DNA from: an uncultured Solirubrobacterales bacterium
Lineage (GTDB): Bacteria > Actinomycetota > Thermoleophilia > Solirubrobacterales > Solirubrobacteraceae
NCBI GenBank assembly: GCA_963723685.1
Contig: CAVRRX010000008.1
Coordinates: forward strand, 469,930 to 533,929
Length of the DNA stretch: 64,000 nucleotides
Direction: 5' to 3'
The translations under genes and the position numbers were made by a program. A model generated the notes under the pieces. That model was not told where the DNA came from. It was given only the letters and a program-made list of their open reading frames with translations, and made no database searches. Position 1 is the stretch's first letter. Every line of letters begins with the position of its first letter. Below, piece after piece: positions 56,152-64,000 of this stretch.

Positions 56152-57135
56152 ATGGCTTTCCCCACCACGCGCATGCGCAGGCTGCGCGCCACGCCGGCTC
56201 TGCGCGGCCTTGTGCGCGAGACGGAGTTGCGCGCCGACCGCCTGGTGTTGCCGTTGTTCGTGTCCGAGACCGCCACAACGCGCGAGCCAATCGATGCAAT
56301 GCCGGGCGTCGAGCGCTTGCCGCTCGACGAGGTGGTCGCGGAGGCAAGCGAGGCCGCGTCGCTTGGGTTGGGGGCGGTACTCCTGTTTGGCATTCCCGCC
56401 GAGAAGGATCCTGAAGGCTCGGCCGCCTGGGACGACGAGGGGGTGGTGCAGCGCGCGGTCACTGCGATCAAGCGCGAGCTGCCGCATTTGCTTGTGATCA
56501 CGGACGTGTGCCTGTGCGAGTACACGACGCATGGCCACTGCGGGGTTTTGGGCGAGCAGGGTGAGGTCGAGAATGACGCGACGGTGGAGCGGATCGCGCG
56601 AACCGCGGTAAGCCATGCTCGTGCCGGTGCTGACATCGTGGCCCCGTCGGACATGATGGATGGCCGCGTTGGCGCGATTCGCGCGGAGCTCGATGCCGAG
56701 GGCTTTGACGAGACGTCGATCCTCGCCTACTCGGCCAAGTTCGCCTCGGCCTTCTACGGCCCGTTCCGCGAGGCGGCAGGTTCTTCGCCCGCTTTTGGCG
56801 ATCGCCGCGGCTACCAGATGGACCCAGCCAACGGGCGCGAAGCGGTGCGTGAGGCGTTGTTGGACGCTGAGGAGGGAGCCGACATGCTGATGGTCAAGCC
56901 GGCCTTGGCCTACGGCGACCTGATCCGGGCTGTCAAGGAGGCGACGCGCCTGCCGGTCGCTGCGTATAACGTGAGCGGCGAGTATGCGATGGTCAAGGCG
57001 GCCGTGGCGGCTGGATACCTGGACGAGCGTGCCACCGTCTGTGAGATCTTGACGTCGCTGCATCGCGCAGGTGCTGACATAGTGGTCTCCTACCACGCCA
57101 AGGACGCCGCCCGCTGGCTGTCCGAGAGCAGCTAG
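56152..57135 (+). CDS. hemB: Porphobilinogen synthase
   Basis: DVCLCEYTTHGHCG, APSDMMDG, SAFYGPFREA, MVKPA and AYNVSGEY motifs. Confidence 0.96.
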   Translation: MAFPTTRMRRLRATPALRGLVRETELRADRLVLPLFVSETATTREPIDAMPGVERLPLDEVVAEASEAASLGLGAVLLFGIPAEKDPEGSAAWDDEGVVQRAVTAIKRELPHLLVITDVCLCEYTTHGHCGVLGEQGEVENDATVERIARTAVSHARAGADIVAPSDMMDGRVGAIRAELDAEGFDETSILAYSAKFASAFYGPFREAAGSSPAFGDRRGYQMDPANGREAVREALLDAEEGADMLMVKPALAYGDLIRAVKEATRLPVAAYNVSGEYAMVKAAVAAGYLDERATVCEILTSLHRAGADIVVSYHAKDAARWLSESS

Positions 57136-57149
57136 CCGACAACGATCAG

Positions 57150-58290
57150 ATGCCACCACAAGAGACAGCAACAGCAGAGAACAGCGAGTCGCCGGCGCCC
57201 GTCGACGGCATAACGGACGCCGCCACGCCAAAGCTGCGCAGCCGCAAGCACGGTGCGGCAATCCCGCTGGACGAGCTGGACAAGCGCCTGCTCAACCTGA
57301 TGCAGGGCAGCTTCCCGATCGAGCCGCGCCCCTACCTGCGCGTGGCAGAGCTGGCGGGAGTGTCGGAGAGCGAGGTGATGGAGCGCGTGCAACACCTGCT
57401 CGACGAACGCATCATCCGCCAGGTGACGCCGATCTTCGACACGCGCGCGCTGGGTTACTCCTCGATGCTGGTGGCGGCAAAGGTAGACGCCGAGAACCCC
57501 CACAGGGCCGCGCAAGTGATCAACGCCCATCCCGGGCGTCTCCCACAACTATCTGCGCAACCACGAATTCAACCTGTGGTTCACGATCGCCACCGAGCCG
57601 GACTCGCCGCTGGGCCTCGAGGGAACGCTGCAGGCGCTGGCAGCCGAGGCGGGCGCCGAGTCTGTTCGCCAGCTGCCGACGCTCAAGCTGTTCAAGATCA
57701 GGATGGACCTGGAGATGGAGGGCGATACCGAGGCGCTGTCCAAGGCCGCTGTTGCCACCGAGCCGATCGAGCTGGAGCCCCAACCCTACGACGAGACCGA
57801 CATCGCGCTCATCAAGGCGCTGCAAGGCGACATGCCGGTGATCCCGGAACCGTACGCACCGGCTGCCGCGCAGCTGGGCCAAGACCAAAGGGCTTTCCTC
57901 GATCACCTGGCAGGCATGCAAGAGCGCGGACTGTTGCGGCGCGTGGCGGCGATCCTCTACCACCGTCGCGCCGGCTTCTCCGCAAACGGGATGGGCGTGT
58001 GGAAGGTGCCCGAGGAGCACATCCACGAGGTCGGACGCCAGATGGCCGCGGTGCGCGGCATCTCCCACTGCTATCAGCGGCCCACCTACGCGGACTGGCC
58101 CTACTCGGTCTTCACGATGGCCCACGGGCGCTCCAAGGAGGAGTGCGACGCCGTGCTCGACGCGATCGCGGAGATGACCGGCATCGAGGGGCGGGCCACG
58201 CTCTACTCCTCAACGGAGTACAAGAAGATCCGCCTGCTCTACTTCACCGACGAGTTCAAGGCCTGGGAACGCGAGCACGCTGGCCTCTAG
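57150..58290 (+). CDS. Fused siroheme decarboxylase (AhbA+AhbB / NirDL-H type), frameshift near 57537
   Basis: Two Lrp/AsnC-like modules: GVSHNYLRNHEFNLWFT and GISHCYQRPTYADWPYSVFTMAH, plus RRAGFSANGM. Confidence 0.85.
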
Positions 58291-58323
58291 GGCGACTTCG
58301 ATGCCGGCTAGCCGTTCGATCCG

Positions 58324-59715
58324 ATGCCCACTTCGCTGACGGACACCCGCTCGGGCGAGCTATACCGTCGCGCACTGCAGCTGCTTCCAGGCGGGGTGAA
58401 CTCGCCCGTGCGAGCGATGCGGGCGATCGGGCGCGACCCGATCTTCATCGAGCGCGCGGCAGGCGCCGAGCTCCTCGACGTGGACGGCAATCGCTACGTC
58501 GACTACGTCTGTTCGTGGGGGCCGATGATCCACGGTCACGCCCATCCCGCGGTGCTGGAGGCGGTCAAGGATGCTGCAGGGCGCGGCACGAGCTTCGGGG
58601 CGCCGACCGCCGGGGAGGTCGATCTGGCCGAGGAGATCGCGCGGCGGATGGAGTCCGTGGACATGCTGCGCATGACCTCCTCGGGCACCGAGGCCACGAT
58701 GACGGCCTTACGGCTTGCCCGTGCAGCCACCGGGCGCGAGCGGATCGTCAAGTTCGCCGGTGCCTATCACGGCCATGTGGACGGGCTGCTGGCCCAAGCA
58801 GGCTCGGGCCTGGCCACGCAAGCGTTGCCATCCAGCCCAGGCGTGCCGGCCGAGGTGGCGGCAGCCACCACGGTCGTGCCGTGGAACGATCCCGAGGCGC
58901 TGATTGCCGCTACCGCGAGCGGCGAGCCGATAGCGGCAATCATCGCCGAGCCGCTGCCGGCGAACATGGGTCTTGTGCCCGCGCACGAAGGCTTCTTGGA
59001 GTTGCTGCGTGAGCGCGCGGATGCTTGTGGCGCCCTACTGATCCTCGACGAGGTGATCAGCGGCTTTCGCGTAGCGCGCGGGGGCGCACAGGAGCTGAGC
59101 GGCGTGCAGGCCGACTTGACGATCATGGGCAAGATCATCGGCGGCGGTCTGCCCGCCGGCGCCGTGGGCGGCCGCGCCGAGCTGCTGCGCATGCTCGCCC
59201 CGGCGGGCGATGTCTACCAAGCGGGCACGCTTTCAGGCAACCCGCTCGCCGTCGCGGCCGGGTTGGCCACGCTGGAGTTGCTCGACGACGCCGCATACCT
59301 GCGCTTGGCGTCGATCACCGAGCAGCTGGCCGAGGGCCTGCGGGCGGCGGCAAGCGCGGCGGGGGTCGGGCCTGCGCCAGAATCGGGGGCAGCGGTGCTC
59401 GGCGCTGGGCCGGGTGGCTCGGCTGCCGCCGGCTCTCGGGGTGGCGAGCCCAGCAGCAGCGGATACCCAGTCCAGGTCGTCAGCGCTCCCGGTCTGCTGA
59501 CGGTGTTCTTCAGCGGCACCCCCGTCAACGACATGGCGGCAGCCGAGGCCTGCGACCGCGAGGCCTATGCTCGCTGGTGTCGCGCGCTGCTCTCGCGGGG
59601 CGTATACGCCCCAGCATCGCAATTCGAGGCATGGTTCCCATCACTTGCCCACACCCCGGAGCAACTGGAGCTCACCCTTGCCGCGGCCACGGCTGCGTTC
59701 GCGGAGATCGCATGA
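58324..59715 (+). CDS. hemL: Glutamate-1-semialdehyde 2,1-aminomutase
   Basis: PGGVNSPVRA, SGTEATM, YHGHVD, GKIIGGG and YQAGTLSGNP motifs. Confidence 0.96.
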   Translation: MPTSLTDTRSGELYRRALQLLPGGVNSPVRAMRAIGRDPIFIERAAGAELLDVDGNRYVDYVCSWGPMIHGHAHPAVLEAVKDAAGRGTSFGAPTAGEVDLAEEIARRMESVDMLRMTSSGTEATMTALRLARAATGRERIVKFAGAYHGHVDGLLAQAGSGLATQALPSSPGVPAEVAAATTVVPWNDPEALIAATASGEPIAAIIAEPLPANMGLVPAHEGFLELLRERADACGALLILDEVISGFRVARGGAQELSGVQADLTIMGKIIGGGLPAGAVGGRAELLRMLAPAGDVYQAGTLSGNPLAVAAGLATLELLDDAAYLRLASITEQLAEGLRAAASAAGVGPAPESGAAVLGAGPGGSAAAGSRGGEPSSSGYPVQVVSAPGLLTVFFSGTPVNDMAAAEACDREAYARWCRALLSRGVYAPASQFEAWFPSLAHTPEQLELTLAAATAAFAEIA

Positions 59716-59743
59716 GCACCGCCCGGATGGCGGAGTTCGCCCG

Positions 59744-60304
59744 ATGAGTGCCGATCCCGCTCGCGCTGCCGCCGAGCGCGGTATTGCCGAGGATGCCGAG
59801 CCGCCGCTCGAGCGCCTGCGCAGCCTGCTGCTCGAAGAGGGCGGCTTGATGAGCAGTCTCGTCCTCGTCGAGGAGCTCGCGGGTTCGTCGACCCACGGGC
59901 CGGCCCAAGTGGTGGCTGCCGGACCCCGCGCGGAGGGCTCAAGCGCCGAATACGAGCTGCTCGTAGAGACGATCTACGAGGGCTACTTACTGCACTATCG
60001 CGCCCCACGTGTCATGCGCGAGCACGAAGCCGACCTTGGCCTGCTCGCGGGCGACCGGCTCTACGCCTTGGGCCTCGCGCGCCTGGTGCGTCTGGGCGAT
60101 ATCGAGGGCGTCGCCGAGCTTGCCGACGTGATCACGCTGTGCGCCCTGGCCCATGCCGGCGGGCAACCCGAGCTTGCCCCCGGGATCTGGATGGCCGGTG
60201 CGCGCGCGGTGGGCTGGGGCGCCAGTCCCGAGCACGAGCGGGCCAAGGCTCTGGTACGTGCCGGATCGCCCGATGCCCTGGCAGGCGCTACACGCTCTCC
60301 CTGA
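59744..60304 (+). CDS. Conserved hypothetical protein
   Basis: ETIYEGYLLHY and LLAGDRLYALGL; in operon context. Confidence 0.6.
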   Translation: MSADPARAAAERGIAEDAEPPLERLRSLLLEEGGLMSSLVLVEELAGSSTHGPAQVVAAGPRAEGSSAEYELLVETIYEGYLLHYRAPRVMREHEADLGLLAGDRLYALGLARLVRLGDIEGVAELADVITLCALAHAGGQPELAPGIWMAGARAVGWGASPEHERAKALVRAGSPDALAGATRSP

Positions 60305-60356
60305 AGTTGAGGCTTGAGGCTCACGACTCCGCGCTCTACTCGATATTGTTCGGGCC

Positions 60357-61019
60357 GTGTCCGACAAGCACAGCCAGCACAAGTCCCGCTACACGACCGA
60401 TCGCCAGATCCCTGGAGCGTTCGAGGGAGAGACCGTCACGCGCAGGCGTTTCATGACGATCGGCTCCCAGGCCGCCGGTGGCGTGGCCGCCGCATCCTTT
60501 CTGCTTCCCGCGCTCGGTTTCGCGATCGGGCCGATCTTCAAGGAAGCTCCGCATACCTGGGAGTCGGTCGGTCCGACCGACATGTTCCCCGACAACAACT
60601 ACGTGCCTACGGTGATCACGCTCACCCCGGGGATCGGCGAGGCCGGCAAGGCCACCGTATACGTGCGCAAGCGCAACCCCCTGATCGACACCGACAAGGC
60701 CGACAGGGACACCCAATTCATCGCGATCACCTCGCGCTGCGCCCACCTCGGCTGTCCCGTGCGCTGGGTCGATGCCGCCGAGCGCTTCATCTGTCCCTGT
60801 CACGGTGGCGTCTACGACCTGCTCGGCCGCCGCGTCGGTGGGCCACCGGTGCGTCCGCTCGATCGCTTCTACACGCGCGTCGTGAACGGCTACGTGCAGA
60901 TCGGATCGCGCTATAGCGTCAACAGCGAGCTCGAGCGCTTCTCGCCGCGCGATCCGGCCGAGCCGCTCGACGGGATCGGCCAGTATTTGTACCCCTCTCG
61001 TCCGTCGGAGCGGAGGTAG
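60357..61019 (+). CDS. qcrA: Rieske Fe-S subunit of a menaquinol:cytochrome c reductase
   Basis: Tat signal TRRRFM; CAHLGC and CPCHGG motifs. Confidence 0.93.
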   Translation: MSDKHSQHKSRYTTDRQIPGAFEGETVTRRRFMTIGSQAAGGVAAASFLLPALGFAIGPIFKEAPHTWESVGPTDMFPDNNYVPTVITLTPGIGEAGKATVYVRKRNPLIDTDKADRDTQFIAITSRCAHLGCPVRWVDAAERFICPCHGGVYDLLGRRVGGPPVRPLDRFYTRVVNGYVQIGSRYSVNSELERFSPRDPAEPLDGIGQYLYPSRPSERR

Positions 61020-61025
61020 TCGCCG

Positions 61026-61829
61026 ATGCCAAAGCTGCCACCGCCGCCGATGCCCTCGTCCCTGAAGGCCCCGCCGCCACGCCCTGGCGATCAAAACAGC
61101 AAGCTGGGTCCCGCCGACCACGCCAAGGAGGCCGGTGCCAGCGTCGTCGACTGGGTCGATGAGCGCACCTCGATCAGCGGCGGCGCCCGCTGGATGATGT
61201 TCCGCAAGGTGCCCAAGGGCACCAACTGGTTCTACACGCTTGGCTCGGCAACGATGTTCGCCTTCCTCAATCAGGCTGTCACGGGTGTTTTCCTGGCGAT
61301 GTTCTACCGTCCCGACGCCTCCGGCGGCGCCTACGAATCGATCCGTCACGTCACCAACGAAGTCTTCCTCGGCCAGTTCGTCCGCGGCATGCACAAGTGG
61401 GGCTCGAGCGTGATGGTGATCCTCGTCTTCCTGCACATGGGGCGCACGTTCTTCTTCGGCGCCTACAAGTATCCGCGCGAGCTCAACTGGGTGATCGGCG
61501 TGGTGCTGTTGATCCTGACGATGACGATGTCGTTCACCGGCTACCTGTTGCCCTTCGACCAGCGCGCCTACTGGGCCACGATCGTGGGCGTCAACATCAA
61601 CGGCACCGGGCCCTTGATCGGCCCATACCTGAGCGACTTTCTGCGAGGCGGCGGCGAATTCGGGGCGACGACCCTGTCGCGCTTCTACGCGATCCACATG
61701 CTGCTCGTGCCCGGCCTGCTGGCCGCGCTGATCGGCGCGCACCTGTACCTCGTGGCCAAGCTAGGCACGACCGCGCCACCGTGGATCAAAGCCGAGAAGA
61801 ACCCCGATCTGCGCAAGGCCGACGCATGA
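61026..61829 (+). CDS. qcrB: Cytochrome b N-terminal (b6-type) subunit
   Basis: RGMHKWG, YKYPRELNW, GYLLPFDQRAYWA and RFYAIH motifs. Confidence 0.92.
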   Translation: MPKLPPPPMPSSLKAPPPRPGDQNSKLGPADHAKEAGASVVDWVDERTSISGGARWMMFRKVPKGTNWFYTLGSATMFAFLNQAVTGVFLAMFYRPDASGGAYESIRHVTNEVFLGQFVRGMHKWGSSVMVILVFLHMGRTFFFGAYKYPRELNWVIGVVLLILTMTMSFTGYLLPFDQRAYWATIVGVNINGTGPLIGPYLSDFLRGGGEFGATTLSRFYAIHMLLVPGLLAALIGAHLYLVAKLGTTAPPWIKAEKNPDLRKADA

Positions 61830-61881
61830 GTGCCAGCGAGCGAGTCCGGTCACGGCGCGCCGTGACCGGCGGTGTGCGGCG

Positions 61882-62616
61882 ATGAACAAGCGCGAGAAGG
61901 AGGAGTACCTCCGCGAGTACGCGATCCTGAAGACTCAAGGGAAGCCGTTCTTCCCCTACGCGGTCATGAAGGACTCGCTGATGGCCTGCGTGGTGATGGC
62001 TGTGATCATCGGCATGTCGCTGATCTTCGGCGCCGAGCTCGGCTCGAAGGCCAATCCAACGACCACTACCTATGTGCCACGCCCGGAGTGGTACTTCTTC
62101 TTCCTGTTCGAGCTCCTGCGCGTGATCAAGCCGCCGAGCTTGGTTGGACTGGCTACGATCGGCATACCGACGATCGGCATGATCCTGCTGTTCCTGCTGC
62201 CGTTCTACGACCGCGGACCGGAGCGTCGGCCAGAGCGTCGGCCGGTGGCCACGCTCACCGGCATCTTCGTGATCGGTGCGATGGCGCTGCTCACCTACCA
62301 AGGCGCCAACGCGGGATCGCCGACCGTCATCGAAATGCCCACGCCGGCCTCGATCCAGCAGGCCGGTGGACACACGCTGGCCGAATACGAAGCCGGCAAG
62401 AAGGTGGTCGCCCAGTCGGGGTGCCTCGCCTGTCACAAAATCGGCGACAACGGAAATTCCGGACCTGGACCAGACCTGACCCACATCGGCGCGCGCCTGC
62501 CGGCGTTTGGCATCGCCCGAACGCTTGTCAACCCCACGGCGCCGATGCCGTCGTTCAAGAATCTGCCGCCGAAGAAGTTCGACGCGGCGATCTTCTTCCT
62601 CTCGCAGTTGAAATAG
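61882..62616 (+). CDS. qcrC: Cytochrome b subunit IV fused to a mono-haem cytochrome c
   Basis: PRPEWYF (PEWY) motif and a single CLACH haem motif. Confidence 0.9.
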   Translation: MNKREKEEYLREYAILKTQGKPFFPYAVMKDSLMACVVMAVIIGMSLIFGAELGSKANPTTTTYVPRPEWYFFFLFELLRVIKPPSLVGLATIGIPTIGMILLFLLPFYDRGPERRPERRPVATLTGIFVIGAMALLTYQGANAGSPTVIEMPTPASIQQAGGHTLAEYEAGKKVVAQSGCLACHKIGDNGNSGPGPDLTHIGARLPAFGIARTLVNPTAPMPSFKNLPPKKFDAAIFFLSQLK

Positions 62617-62627
62617 CCGGTCCCACG

Positions 62628-63497
62628 ATGGCCGAGCCTGTTGCTGACGCGACCACGGGACGGTTGGAGGCGGAGCAGGTGCGGGCCATGTTCGACCGCG
62701 TGGCGGCCGTCTATGACCCGCTGAACACGCTGATGTCGGCGGGCCTGCATCATCGCTGGCGCACGCGTGCGGTCGATCTTGCGTGCGTGGGCCCGGGCAG
62801 TCGCGTGCTCGACGTTGCCACCGGCACCGGCGACCTTGCGATCGAGCTCGCCAGACGTGTCAGCCCGGGCGGCGAGGTACTCGGCAGCGACTTCTCCGAG
62901 GAGATGCTGAGCCGTGCGCGCGTGAAGGGGGCAAAGGCGCTGCGCGAGATGTCCCCCGACGCGGGCGCCGGATCGTCCCCAAACGGTTCGGGGGCCACAC
63001 GCTCGACTCAAGGGCAGGAGCCGGTTTGCTTGAGCTTCGAGTGGGGCGATGCGCTGCGGCTCCCGTACAAGGACGACTCCTTCGACGCCGCGACCACCGG
63101 CTTTGCCGCTCGCAACTTCTCAGATCTGCAGGGCGGTCTGGCAGAGATGGGGAGGGTTGTGCGGCCCGGCGGCCGCGTCGTGGTGCTCGACTTCACTACG
63201 CCGACTCGCCCGCCTCTGTCGCTGTTCTATCGGGTCTGGTTCGATCGCGTCGTACCGTTGCTCGGCCGGCTGATGGCGCCGCTGTCCGCGCTGTCGCCCA
63301 AGTCCGACGATGCCGCCTCCTCGACGATCGCCGAGGCCTACGTCTACCTCCCCAATTCGGTCAAGCGCTTTGGCACGCCCCGCGATCTGGCCGCGACGAT
63401 GGAGCGTGCGGGGCTCCAAGACATCCACTATCTGATCACGGCAGGCGGCATTGTGACCATCCACGCCGCTACCGTCCCTGGGAATGGGACAACGTGA
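62628..63497 (+). CDS. menG: Demethylmenaquinone methyltransferase (MenG/UbiE)
   Basis: MFDRVAAVYDPLN, VLDVATGTGDLA, RVVRPGG and AYVYLPNSV motifs. Confidence 0.88.
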   Translation: MAEPVADATTGRLEAEQVRAMFDRVAAVYDPLNTLMSAGLHHRWRTRAVDLACVGPGSRVLDVATGTGDLAIELARRVSPGGEVLGSDFSEEMLSRARVKGAKALREMSPDAGAGSSPNGSGATRSTQGQEPVCLSFEWGDALRLPYKDDSFDAATTGFAARNFSDLQGGLAEMGRVVRPGGRVVVLDFTTPTRPPLSLFYRVWFDRVVPLLGRLMAPLSALSPKSDDAASSTIAEAYVYLPNSVKRFGTPRDLAATMERAGLQDIHYLITAGGIVTIHAATVPGNGTT

Positions 63498-63596
63498 GAG
63501 CAGCCGTCGAGGCGTGGGCCCGCGAGGCGGCCGAGGCGTCGTAGACCTTCTTAGATGCCGAGCGAGGGGGCGTCGACTGAGATGGAGCAGGCATCG

Positions 63597-64000
63597 ATGA
63601 CCGCGCTTGACGCGCGCACGAACACCGCCGCCGACGTGGAGGCCGTCGATGAGATCATGCGCCGCGGCGGGCCCGAGCTGCGGGAGCGAATGGCCCGCGT
63701 CGAGGCTCACCTGGAGCACGTTACGGCCCAATCGGGCATACCACTGGCCTCCTACGCCACAGCCACGATTGCCGCCGGCGGCAAGCGTCTACGTCCGCTG
63801 CTCGTGATGCTCGCGGCGGAATCCGCCGCCGGTCCAGTCGAGGGGCCAGAGGGCGAGCAAAGTTTGGTGCGGGCAGCCGTTGCCGTGGAGCTAGTACATT
63901 CGGCCACGCTCGTGCACGACGATCTGATCGACGGTGCCGAGTTGCGCCGCGGGCGGCCGACGGTCGCGACGGTCGCGGGGCGCGCCGCGGCGATCGCCAC
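63597..64000 (+). CDS. Polyprenyl diphosphate synthase (partial, runs off the window)
   Basis: GGKRLRP and ELVHSATLVHDDLIDGAELRRG (first DDxxD motif). Confidence 0.9.
   Translation, partial: MTALDARTNTAADVEAVDEIMRRGGPELRERMARVEAHLEHVTAQSGIPLASYATATIAAGGKRLRPLLVMLAAESAAGPVEGPEGEQSLVRAAVAVELVHSATLVHDDLIDGAELRRGRPTVATVAGRAAAIA

Overview
High-GC actinobacterial chromosome segment spanning the replication origin. Gene content and order resemble Thermoleophilia/Solirubrobacterales (inference). Left of the origin: cell-envelope genes, an fhaA-fhaB-pstP-pbpA-pknB cluster that lacks rodA, pheA, an HNH gene and gyrA-gyrB-dciA-recF-dnaN-dnaA. Right of it: rpmH-rnpA-yidD-yidC-jag-parS-rsmG-parAB, then tRNA-Ile(GAT) with a ~4.2 kb decayed islet (proteasome-like Ntn hydrolase, Shedu-like nuclease remnant split by an intact IS256, DUF4160/DUF2442 pair). 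Housekeeping genes follow, ending in a hemB-ahbAB-hemL-Rieske/cytochrome b-menG-polyprenyl synthase cluster. Many essential genes carry 1-bp frameshifts, most likely long-read or assembly indels. The most striking unexplained signal is an array of five abutting, loop-less perfect palindromes (45702-45819) with ~24-bp period, a conserved SCRCATGYGS core and different but perfectly co-varying arms. Also notable are a dispersed palindrome family (one copy inside uppP, in frame) and a candidate structured RNA with a 14-codon ORF downstream of gyrA.
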